Below are positions 29,009 through 37,600 of a stretch of DNA of 64,000 nt, in pieces. A program made the translations under genes and the position numbers. Position 1 is the stretch's first letter. Each line of letters opens with the position of its first letter. Below the pieces are notes generated by a model. It did not search any database and was not told where the DNA came from. It was given only the letters and a program-made list of their open reading frames with translations. Source of the DNA: Moraxellaceae bacterium (lineage in GTDB: Bacteria; Pseudomonadota; Gammaproteobacteria; Pseudomonadales; Moraxellaceae); NCBI GenBank assembly GCA_037968855.1, contig JBBKWH010000095.1, positions 11,223-75,222 of the forward strand. The letters are read 5' to 3'.

Positions 29009-31231
29009 TTAGCCAGCCGCCTGCATTTGACTGGCTTTTTGGTAGCCTCTTGGCAATAAATGACCGCGCAGGCCACGTTTACCGCTGTAATGATCCAAGT
29101 CAATTTCTTTGAGGGTCAGTGGTCGACTACCCGCAATCAACACCAAGGCGTCTTGTGGCGCTAATGCAGCGATGGCTTGAATCGACTCACCAGCTTCTAG
29201 CTGCATCAGCTTATTGCCTTTGCCTTTGCCCATCACTGGCAATTCGCTCCGTTTAAACACCAACAATCGGCCAACTGAGGACAATACGGCAATTCGATCC
29301 ACTGTCTCGTTTAACGGCAATATCGGCATCAACTCCGCACCATCAGCCAAATTGACCACGGCCTTGCCTGCCTTGGCGTTGCTATCAAAGGTGCCCAAAT
29401 GACTGATAAAACCATAACCATGATTGCCCGCCAGCAAGATGGTTTGTTGGTCATCGCCCATCAGCACTTCGATAAAACGACTACCGGTCGGTGGCGACAG
29501 CTTACTGGTCAGTGGTTCGCCCAGACCGCGTGCCGATGGCAAGGTGGCAGCGGCAATCCCGTAACTGCGTCCAGTGGAATCCAGCACATACACCCGTTGG
29601 TTGCTCTTGCCGCTGGTGTGGCTTTGGTAGGCATCACCGGCCCGATAGTTGAGGCTATGCGCATCAACATCTGACCCTTTGGCCGAGCGAATCCAACCGG
29701 CTTGCGACAGCACCACTGTGATCGCCTCGGCGGGCATCAAGTCACTTTCTTTCAGTTCGACCGCCGCGGCACGTTGGGCAATCGGTGAACGACGGTCATC
29801 ACCATATTTTTTGGCATCGGCGGTCAGCTCGTCGCTGATCAGTTTTTTCAATGAGTCGGGATTATTCAGTTGCTCGCTAATCCGTGCTTGTTCGGCCAAT
29901 AGCTCGTCTTGCTCGCGGCGCAGTTCCATTTCTTCCAAACGCGCCAGATGACGTAGTTTTAAATCCAAAATCGCATCAGCTTGAATGCCATCTAAGCCAA
30001 ATGCTTGCATCAAGGCCGCTTTGGGCTGGTCTTCTTCCCGAATGATCCGAATCACCTCATCCAAATTCAGATAGGCAATCAACAAACCGCCCAGCACATG
30101 CAGGCGTTTTTCGATTTTGCTCAGCGCATAGCTTAAACGACGGCGCACGGTATTTTGCCGAGCCTCTAGCCATTCCAGCAACATGGTTCGAATGGATTTG
30201 ACCTGTGGCCGACCATCTAGGCCGATCATGTTCAGGTTGACCCGATAACTTGACTCAAGCTCGGTGGTGGCAAACAAATGGCTCATCAGCGCATCGGCAT
30301 CGACACGGTTGGACCGCAGCACAATCACCAAACGGGTTGGATATTCGTGGTCAGACTCGTCGCGTAGGTCAGTCACTAGCGGGAGTTTTTTGGCGTTCAT
30401 TTGATCGGCAATTTGGCTGATCACTTTGTTGCCCGACACTTGATACGGCAGTTCGCTGATGATGATTTCGTTTTTATCGACGGTATATACCGCGCGCATC
30501 CGGTAGCTGCCACGTCCGGTGGTTTGGATTTTCAACAACTCATCGGCAGGCGTGATGATCTCAGCACGGGTGGGCAAGTCGGGTGCGGGAATATAAGTGG
30601 CGAGTTTTTCGTCAGTCAGATTGGGGTTTTTCAGCAAGGCAATCGTGCCTTTGACCACTTCGCGCAGGTTATGCGGCGGAATGTCGGTGGCCATGCCAAC
30701 GGCAATGCCGGTGGTTCCGTTCAGCAAAATATTCGGCAGACGCGCAGGCAAGGTCATCGGCTCTTGCATAGAGCCATCAAAGTTGTCTTGCCACTCGACC
30801 GTGCCTTGGCCCAACTCGCTGAGCAGCGTTTCGCTATAGGCCGATAGTTTGGCTTCGGTATAGCGCATGGCGGCAAACGATTTAGGGTCATCCGGCGAAC
30901 CCCAGTTGCCCTGCCCTTCAACCAAGGGATAGCGATAGCTAAATGGCTGCGCCATCAATACCATCGCCTCATAACAGGCCGAGTCGCCATGCGGATGGTA
31001 CTTGCCCAGTACATCACCGACGGTACGAGCGGATTTTTTCGGTTTACCGCTATTTTTAAGCCCAAGCTCGCTCATGGCATACACAATGCGCCGTTGCACT
31101 GGCTTTAGGCCGTCGGCCACATGCGGCAAGGCGCGATCCATAATGACGTACATGGCGTAGTTGAGGTACGCCTGTTCGGTGAATTCGGCGACCGAACGGC
31201 TTTCGGTGGCGGCATTAACAAGACTGGTCAT
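29009..31231 (-). CDS. parC: DNA topoisomerase IV subunit A
   Basis: 740 aa, GyrA/ParC N-terminal breakage-reunion domain ([10 protein letters not shown]; the length fits ParC rather than GyrA). Confidence 0.88.
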   Translation of the reverse strand: MTSLVNAATESRSVAEFTEQAYLNYAMYVIMDRALPHVADGLKPVQRRIVYAMSELGLKNSGKPKKSARTVGDVLGKYHPHGDSACYEAMVLMAQPFSYRYPLVEGQGNWGSPDDPKSFAAMRYTEAKLSAYSETLLSELGQGTVEWQDNFDGSMQEPMTLPARLPNILLNGTTGIAVGMATDIPPHNLREVVKGTIALLKNPNLTDEKLATYIPAPDLPTRAEIITPADELLKIQTTGRGSYRMRAVYTVDKNEIIISELPYQVSGNKVISQIADQMNAKKLPLVTDLRDESDHEYPTRLVIVLRSNRVDADALMSHLFATTELESSYRVNLNMIGLDGRPQVKSIRTMLLEWLEARQNTVRRRLSYALSKIEKRLHVLGGLLIAYLNLDEVIRIIREEDQPKAALMQAFGLDGIQADAILDLKLRHLARLEEMELRREQDELLAEQARISEQLNNPDSLKKLISDELTADAKKYGDDRRSPIAQRAAAVELKESDLMPAEAITVVLSQAGWIRSAKGSDVDAHSLNYRAGDAYQSHTSGKSNQRVYVLDSTGRSYGIAAATLPSARGLGEPLTSKLSPPTGSRFIEVLMGDDQQTILLAGNHGYGFISHLGTFDSNAKAGKAVVNLADGAELMPILPLNETVDRIAVLSSVGRLLVFKRSELPVMGKGKGNKLMQLEAGESIQAIAALAPQDALVLIAGSRPLTLKEIDLDHYSGKRGLRGHLLPRGYQKASQMQAAG

Positions 31232-31651
31232 GAGCGATGCGATACGGTGTTGCTAACAGTGCCCTGATCATAGGCGGTTTTGTGGCGTTTGCCCATGCGG
31301 AGGGCGTCGGGATGTGTCGTACTCCATCATTGACCAGCATGATCAGCCGTTCAGACACGACCGATTGTTGCCGGTTTTTCTTGCCCTAGAGGGTCATTTC
31401 ACGGTATAAAATCCTTAACGATTTAAAAGCATTTATCGGCAGCTAAGCAAAGGATAATGCGGGATTTATGTGCTTTTTTTCAGCACTGTATTCATGAAAA
31501 AATAGCTAAAACATCAGCATCATGTCTCGTCTAACTCCCGCCTTGCTCATCCTCACTGTGCCGATGATTTTTTGGCGTCGCAACCGACACAATCAAGACG
31601 CATAAATCGTGGTGCATATCGCTAGATATGACCAATAAGGAGGGTGCGGTG

Positions 31652-32299
31652 ATGGATCGTTTTTTGACAGTCGTTGGCTCATTTCCAACCGCTATTTTTT
31701 CGGTACTGCTGGTGATTGCCGTGCTGTATTGGTTGATTTCCATGACCGGTATGCTAGGTGATTTAGACGCCGATGGCCTTGATGCTGGCGATGGCAGCGA
31801 TGCCGATGGTTCAGCCGTAGGCGGCATGCTCGAAGCACTGGGGATTCGTGGCATCCCATTGTCGATTTTGCTCACGCTGACCTTTTTGTTTGCGTGGGTG
31901 TTTAGCTACAGCATCAGCAGTCTATTCGGTGGCTGGTGGTCTGGTGTGGTGGCGATTTTGGTCGGCGTCGCGATTATTCCAGTGGCGCTGGTGATTGGCT
32001 TGTTGATTACCGCAACGTTATTACGACCCTTTCGCGCAGCCTTTCATACCGAGCCACTACTGGCTACCGAGCTACGGGTGATTGGACAAGTCGGCGTGGT
32101 GATTTCTGGCGAGGTCAACGCCCAACAAGGCCGTGCTGAGGTGCATTTAAATGGCGCACACATGATTTTTAATGTGCGCTCAGAGACACCGCTGCATCGG
32201 GGCGATCTGGTTATTTTTATGGATTACCGTGCAGACCAACACTTGTATCGGGTGATCCCAGAAACACCAGCGCTCACCACATCGGCCATGGATATCTGA
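31652..32299 (+). CDS. YqiJ-like inner-membrane protein (DUF1449 / NfeD-like OB-fold C-terminus)
   Basis: ATG at 31652 follows AAGGAGG. N-terminal TM, acidic loop LDADGLDAGDGSDADG, two TM helices, then a C-terminal beta-rich region ...GQVGVVISGEVNAQQGRAEVHLNGAHMIFNV.... The architecture matches E. coli YqiJ. Confidence 0.6.
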   Translation: MDRFLTVVGSFPTAIFSVLLVIAVLYWLISMTGMLGDLDADGLDAGDGSDADGSAVGGMLEALGIRGIPLSILLTLTFLFAWVFSYSISSLFGGWWSGVVAILVGVAIIPVALVIGLLITATLLRPFRAAFHTEPLLATELRVIGQVGVVISGEVNAQQGRAEVHLNGAHMIFNVRSETPLHRGDLVIFMDYRADQHLYRVIPETPALTTSAMDI

Positions 32300-32407
32300 T
32301 GGCTTGAATCAGCGTCCGTATCGCGATGGATTCATCTTGATGTTTTAACATCCAACGCAGTAAGCACAGTCATCAAAAAACAGACAACACATAGGGGAAA
32401 GTAACAC

Positions 32408-34561
32408 ATGGAATGGCTCATTATGGCAGCAGTGGTTGTGGTGGTGGTTATCACCGTGATCATTGGTATTTTATTATTATTTAAGATTTTTTATCGCAAG
32501 ATCAACCAAGGCCAAGCCTTAATCAAGAACGATCTGTCCGCCACGCCCAAGGTGTATTTTACCGGTGCAATGATTTTGCCGGTCATTCACCGTGCCGAAG
32601 TGATGGACATCTCGGTGATTACCCTAGAGATCAACCGGACTGGCAAAGAAGGTCTGATCTGCCGCGACAACTTGCGTGCCGACATTACCGTGGCGTTTTA
32701 TCTACGGGTCAATGAAACCGCCGAAGACGTGTTACGCGTCGCCAAGTCGGTCGGTGTCAACCGCGCCTCAGATCGCCAAGCGGTCAACGAACTGTTTAAT
32801 GCCAAGTTTAGTGAAGCGCTGAAAACCGTCGGTAAAAAACTCGACTTTATGCAGTTGTTTGAAGAACGGCAGAATTTTCGTGATGCGATTGTCGCCACCA
32901 TTGGCGAAGACTTAAACGGTTATGTCCTCGAAGATGTGGCGATTGATTATCTTGAGCAAACGCCAAAAAGCGCGCTGGATGTCAACAACATCTTGGACGC
33001 CGAAGGCATCCGCCGCATTACTGAAATCACCGCCAAACACAATGTCGAAACCAACCGACTAGAGCGTGATCAAGAGCTAGAGATTCAACGCAAAAACGTC
33101 TCGGCACGCGAAGCCGGTCTAGAGCTAGAGCGCAGCCAAGCCGATGCCGAAGCGCGCCAAGCCCGCGAAGTGCAAACCTTAAAAATGCGCGAGCAGTCGG
33201 CCACCGCACAAGTGCAGCAAGAAGAGCGCTCCAAGATCGAAGCCTCACGGATCAAAACCGATGAAGAACTGGCGATTGGTGAAGAGAACAAAAATCGCCA
33301 AATCGAACTGGCCGAAAAAGCCCGTCAACGTGCCATTCAAATTGAAGATGTGCGGATTCAACAGGCACGCGAGCTAGAAGACGTCAATCGTCAACGCGCG
33401 GTCGAAGTCGAACGCATCAGCATGCAAAAAGAGCTGGAGCAAGAACGCAAAGAAATTGCCGAGATCACTAGTCAGCGCATTGCAGTCGAACGGCATGTGG
33501 CTGAAGAAGAAGAAAACATCAAAGACGTGCGCAACCGCTCCGAAGCCGAACGCAAAAAAGTGGTCTCACTGACCGCCGCCAGCGCCGAAGCCGAAGAAGA
33601 CAAACTCAAACGAGTCAAAGCCGCTGAAGCCACCTTTGAAGCCTCCAAACTTGAGGCCGATGAAGTGCTCATCCGCGCCCAAGCTGAGTTTGACGCTGCC
33701 GACAAAAAAGCTGCATCGGAAGAAAAACAAGCCCGTGGTCGCCAAGCACTGGCCGCCGCCGATGGTCTGGCCGCCGCCCAAGTGATGGAAGCACGTAGCC
33801 AAGCCGAAAAAGTCGCCGGACTGACCCAAGCTGAAGTCAAACTGGCGATGGCCAAAGCCCAAGAAGAAACCGGCATGGCCGATGTACGCGTGCTGGATCA
33901 ACGCCTACAAATCGAAGCCGATGGCGAAGAAAAACAAGGCCACGCCAAAGCCATGGCGCGGCAAGAAATGGCTAAAGCCGAGCAAATGGCCGGTCTGGCT
34001 GAAGCTGATGTGATGGAAAAACGTCTGACCGCGCAAGCCGAAGGCGAACGCCGCATGGGTGAAGCCAAAGCCGTGGCACGCGAAGCGATGGCAAAAGCCG
34101 ACCAACAAGCCGGTCTGGCCGAAGCCGACGTGATGGAAAAACGCATGACCGCGCAAGCCGAAGGTGAGCGCAAACTGGGCGAATCCAAAGCCGCTGCGAT
34201 TGAGGCCATCTCGATTGCCGATGCCAACGGCCTGCTCGCCAAGCTAAAAACCTACGAAAATCTGTCCAGCGACGCCCGTTCGTTTGAAGAGTTCCGCATG
34301 GGTCTGGCCCTGCATGAAAAAGAAATCTTGGCCCATATCGACGCCCAGCGCACCGTGGCACAAGAGAACGCCAAAATCATGGCTGCCGCTATGCAAAACG
34401 CCAAGTTTGAACTGATTGGCGGCGACAGTGATGTGTTTGAAAAACTCACCACAGGCTTGGGTTATGGCAAAGCGGTGGAAGGCATCTTGTCTAAATCGCC
34501 ACAACTGCAAGCAGTACTAGCGGGCATTGCCAACCGCGTGCATGACCATAAAAGCGACTAA
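32408..34561 (+). CDS. Flotillin-like SPFH/band-7 protein (YqiK-like), N-terminal TM anchor, long E/A/Q/R-rich coiled coil
   Basis: 717 aa. TM AAVVVVVVITVIIGILLLF, an SPFH core (VITLEINRTGKEGLICRDNLRADITVAFYLRV), then flotillin-type EA-rich repeats. Confidence 0.8.
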   Translation: MEWLIMAAVVVVVVITVIIGILLLFKIFYRKINQGQALIKNDLSATPKVYFTGAMILPVIHRAEVMDISVITLEINRTGKEGLICRDNLRADITVAFYLRVNETAEDVLRVAKSVGVNRASDRQAVNELFNAKFSEALKTVGKKLDFMQLFEERQNFRDAIVATIGEDLNGYVLEDVAIDYLEQTPKSALDVNNILDAEGIRRITEITAKHNVETNRLERDQELEIQRKNVSAREAGLELERSQADAEARQAREVQTLKMREQSATAQVQQEERSKIEASRIKTDEELAIGEENKNRQIELAEKARQRAIQIEDVRIQQARELEDVNRQRAVEVERISMQKELEQERKEIAEITSQRIAVERHVAEEEENIKDVRNRSEAERKKVVSLTAASAEAEEDKLKRVKAAEATFEASKLEADEVLIRAQAEFDAADKKAASEEKQARGRQALAAADGLAAAQVMEARSQAEKVAGLTQAEVKLAMAKAQEETGMADVRVLDQRLQIEADGEEKQGHAKAMARQEMAKAEQMAGLAEADVMEKRLTAQAEGERRMGEAKAVAREAMAKADQQAGLAEADVMEKRMTAQAEGERKLGESKAAAIEAISIADANGLLAKLKTYENLSSDARSFEEFRMGLALHEKEILAHIDAQRTVAQENAKIMAAAMQNAKFELIGGDSDVFEKLTTGLGYGKAVEGILSKSPQLQAVLAGIANRVHDHKSD
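33870..34229 (+). repeat. Three tandem about-120-nt (40-aa) in-frame repeats inside the flotillin gene
   Basis: 33990-34109 versus 34110-34229 are roughly 85% identical at nucleotide level (GLAEADVMEKRLTAQAEGERRMGEAKAVAREAMAKADQQA / GLAEADVMEKRMTAQAEGERKLGESKAAAIEAISIADANG). A more diverged copy lies upstream. Confidence 0.7.
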
Positions 34562-34649
34562 CGGGTCTGATTGACTCATTAGGCATCGGTCATTGCATGA
34601 TGGCCGATGCCCTACGCCACCTTATTCGCGTGACCACATTAAAAAATCA

Positions 34650-37600
34650 ATGGAATCTCACAACATGTCCGACACGATCCGCCCAAACGACCCGCAGCAA
34701 GACCAGAGCCATCTGGAACAACTCGTGCGTGAAGGCTCATCGTTTGAGACCATTTTGCGCCGCCTGCGCGATCAAGGCGAACACCTGCGTCAAGGCATTC
34801 GCCAACTCAATACTGAACGAACTGCCGTGTTTGGCAGCGTCAATATGGCGATCTTGGGTCGGGCGCGTGTGCGAACCGAACAAAACGCCATTGCACGCGA
34901 TGTGATCCAACTGGGTCAGCAACTGTTGTTTGGTTTTAACCTGCAATTGGGCCTGCGCAAGACCTTAAGCGTCGATGACGTGTTTGTGCTGTATCACTTG
35001 GACGAACAAGACGATCAGTTTGAACTGACTGCGATCAACAGCGCCGGTACATTTTTGGCCGATGGCGGATTTTTGCGTGATTTTAATGAGTTGCAGCAGT
35101 ATTACAGCCAAGCCTTTTTAAGCCAACTGATCCGTATGGACGGCAAGCTGTTGGCGGTTTTTCAGATTGGCGAAAAGGTCACTGATATTCGGGTGTTTCG
35201 TTGGGAGTTGTACCCCAACGGCAGCGTCAACCGCTATATCGACAACCGTGGCGAGCGCGATCTTAAATTTCCAGATCGCTTTGGCTTTAAATGGCAAGTC
35301 GCCGGACGGGATCGCCAAGTGCAAGGCCGCCAGCCGCACCTGAATATTCTGGACACGATTTTTGTTGATAACTTACGCGGTGACATCACCGTCAAAATCG
35401 AAAACAACACCAGCACGGGACAGGGCATTTTTTCTGATCCGGTCGAGATCGACTCGCAGTCTTTAGACGATGCCAGCTTTGAATACGCAGATCTGGGTAG
35501 CATGATTGTGCTGCGCATCTTGCCGTTTACCGAGACCACATGGCGTTATTACATCTATAACCGCGATACCCAAACGGTCTTGCGTGAGGATCAACTGGCT
35601 GGCTCCATCGTGCCGCTACCGGAGAATCACGGGCTGATTTTTCCGGCGGGGTTTTATCTATCAACCGGTGAACTAAAAACCTACGATATCCCCGAGCAAG
35701 ACTTTCGCTTTGTACGCAGCATTCGCGCACCGAATGGCGAAGACGTGCTGTTTGCTTTTTTTGCCCAAAAAACCGGCCACGTCTTGCTGTATCGCTACAA
35801 CTTAATCAGCAAGCAAACCGACACGCCGATGATCGGTCATGGCTATGCCCTACACGACAGTGGCCGCTTGGCGATTTTTCATGCCGAAGACGAACCAACC
35901 CAAGTGCATCCGCTGCAACTGTGGCATACGCCGTTTATGGCCGACCGTGTGCACGCCGAACAAGCCGATCAAAACCAACATCCACTAGGCAAAATTGGCA
36001 ACCCAGAATTAGTACGTGGCATTGCCGAACTCAACACCATCATCAAACTAATCGAGCAGCCAACCGGCAGCGCCCTGCATTTTCATCGCTTGATCAAAAC
36101 CATTGACCGCACGCTGGATCAATGTTTTTGGCTGGATGATTTGGCCGAGATCAGCTTGCAGCCGCAATTGATCGAGGCACGGCAAAGCGCCGAGTTGATG
36201 ATTGACGAATACGACAAAGTCCAAGCGATTCGCCAGCAATCCAATCAAGCGATTGATAGCGCCGCCACCACCCAAGCGCAACTGCTACGCGACCTCAAGC
36301 CCAACCAGTGGAAAAGCCCAGATGCCTTTGTCAGTTATCTAAAAATCCTGCGCGACCATCACGGTCAGTTGATGACGCTTAAAGATCGCCGCTATATCGC
36401 CCTTGAACGCTTACAGCAGTTAGAACAAGCGCTGCAACAGGCGCAAGATGATCTGACGATCAAAACCTTTGACTTCTTAGCCAGCGAGCAAGCCCTAGGC
36501 GGCTATCGCAACACCTTGGCCGAACTGTCCGAACAGGTCCGCCAAGCCGAGCGCCGCGAGCAACTGGCCACGCTGGTGGAACGCTACCGCGAGCTAACCC
36601 AAGGCTTGGACATGATCCAAAGCATGTTGGCCTCCATGAGCGGCGATAACACCACCCAACAAACCCAAATTGCCGACAACATCTCCAGCATTTACGCCAG
36701 TATCAACCAACAACGCGCGCACGCCGAAGTGCGCTTGCGCGAGCAAGGCAGCGCCGAAGCACGGGCGCAATTTGCCGCGCGGATGCGCCTGTATGAGCAA
36801 AGTCTGGCCAATGGCATTAATGCGCTGACAGGGCCAGAAGACTGCGACCCGCTGCTGACCCGAATGCTGGATCAACTACAAGAACTCGAAAGCCAGTTTG
36901 GCGAATTTGACGACTTTTTGGCCCTGATCTTGGCCGAGCGCGAACGCAGTCAAGAGAGCATTGAAGCACGCCGCCAACAACTGCAAGAACAACGTCAGCG
37001 CCGCATCAACACCTTAAGCGATGCCAGCACGCGTATTTTACAAAACATCCGCCAGCGTACCGAACGCTTTGGGCAATTGGCCGAACTGCATGCGTTTTTT
37101 GCCAGCGATGCGATGGTACAAAAAGTGCGGCAAATGGCCGAGCAACTGCGCCAGATGGGCGCAAGCCTCGAAGCCGATAGCGCCGCCAGCCAACTGCGCG
37201 CCGCGCAAGATGGCGCGATGCGTAGCGTGCGTGACCGCGCTGATATCTTTGAAGATGGCGGACAGGTGATCAAGCTTGGCCCGCGCCATCGCTTTAGTGT
37301 TAATCAACAGCAACTTGATCTAACTCTGTTGGTGCGTGACGGCCAACCGATGCTGCACCTGACCGGCACCCAGTTTTATGAACCGCTGCACGATGCCAGA
37401 CTGACCCCGCTGCAAGCCTATTGGGACATCAACCTACCGTCCGAGTCGCCACAGGTCTATCGGGCCGAATACTTGGCCTATCTGGTCATGCAACAACTGC
37501 TCATACAACAACAGGGCAAACCACAGCAAACGCCCATCAATGTGGCCGACCTTGCCGCGCTAACGGATTATATTCGCCAGTTTGCCTCGCCACGCTACCA

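Noticed and set aside
31440-31475. LexA/SOS-box-like CTGT...ACAG sequence (cactgtattcatgaaaaaatagc) in the leader upstream of the flotillin module
   Set aside because: The second half-site is not ACAG and the spacing is wrong. It is a half-palindrome at most.
31531-31875. 114-aa minus-strand ORF (Ser/Pro-rich) overlapping the YqiJ-like gene start
   Set aside because: It is antisense to a gene with an excellent SD and start, and its composition is low-complexity.
33027-34510. Multiple 60-130-aa antisense and alternate-frame ORFs (e.g. 33472..33876, 33898..34242, 33972..34361) inside the flotillin gene
   Set aside because: They are by-products of GC-rich, repeat-rich, low-complexity coding sequence on the opposite strand. 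They have no starts with an SD and no homology.
34597-34905. 102-aa ORF overlapping the 5' end of the giant gene in another frame
   Set aside because: The overlapping frame belongs to an 1840-aa continuous ORF with clear domain structure. The short ORF has no features.
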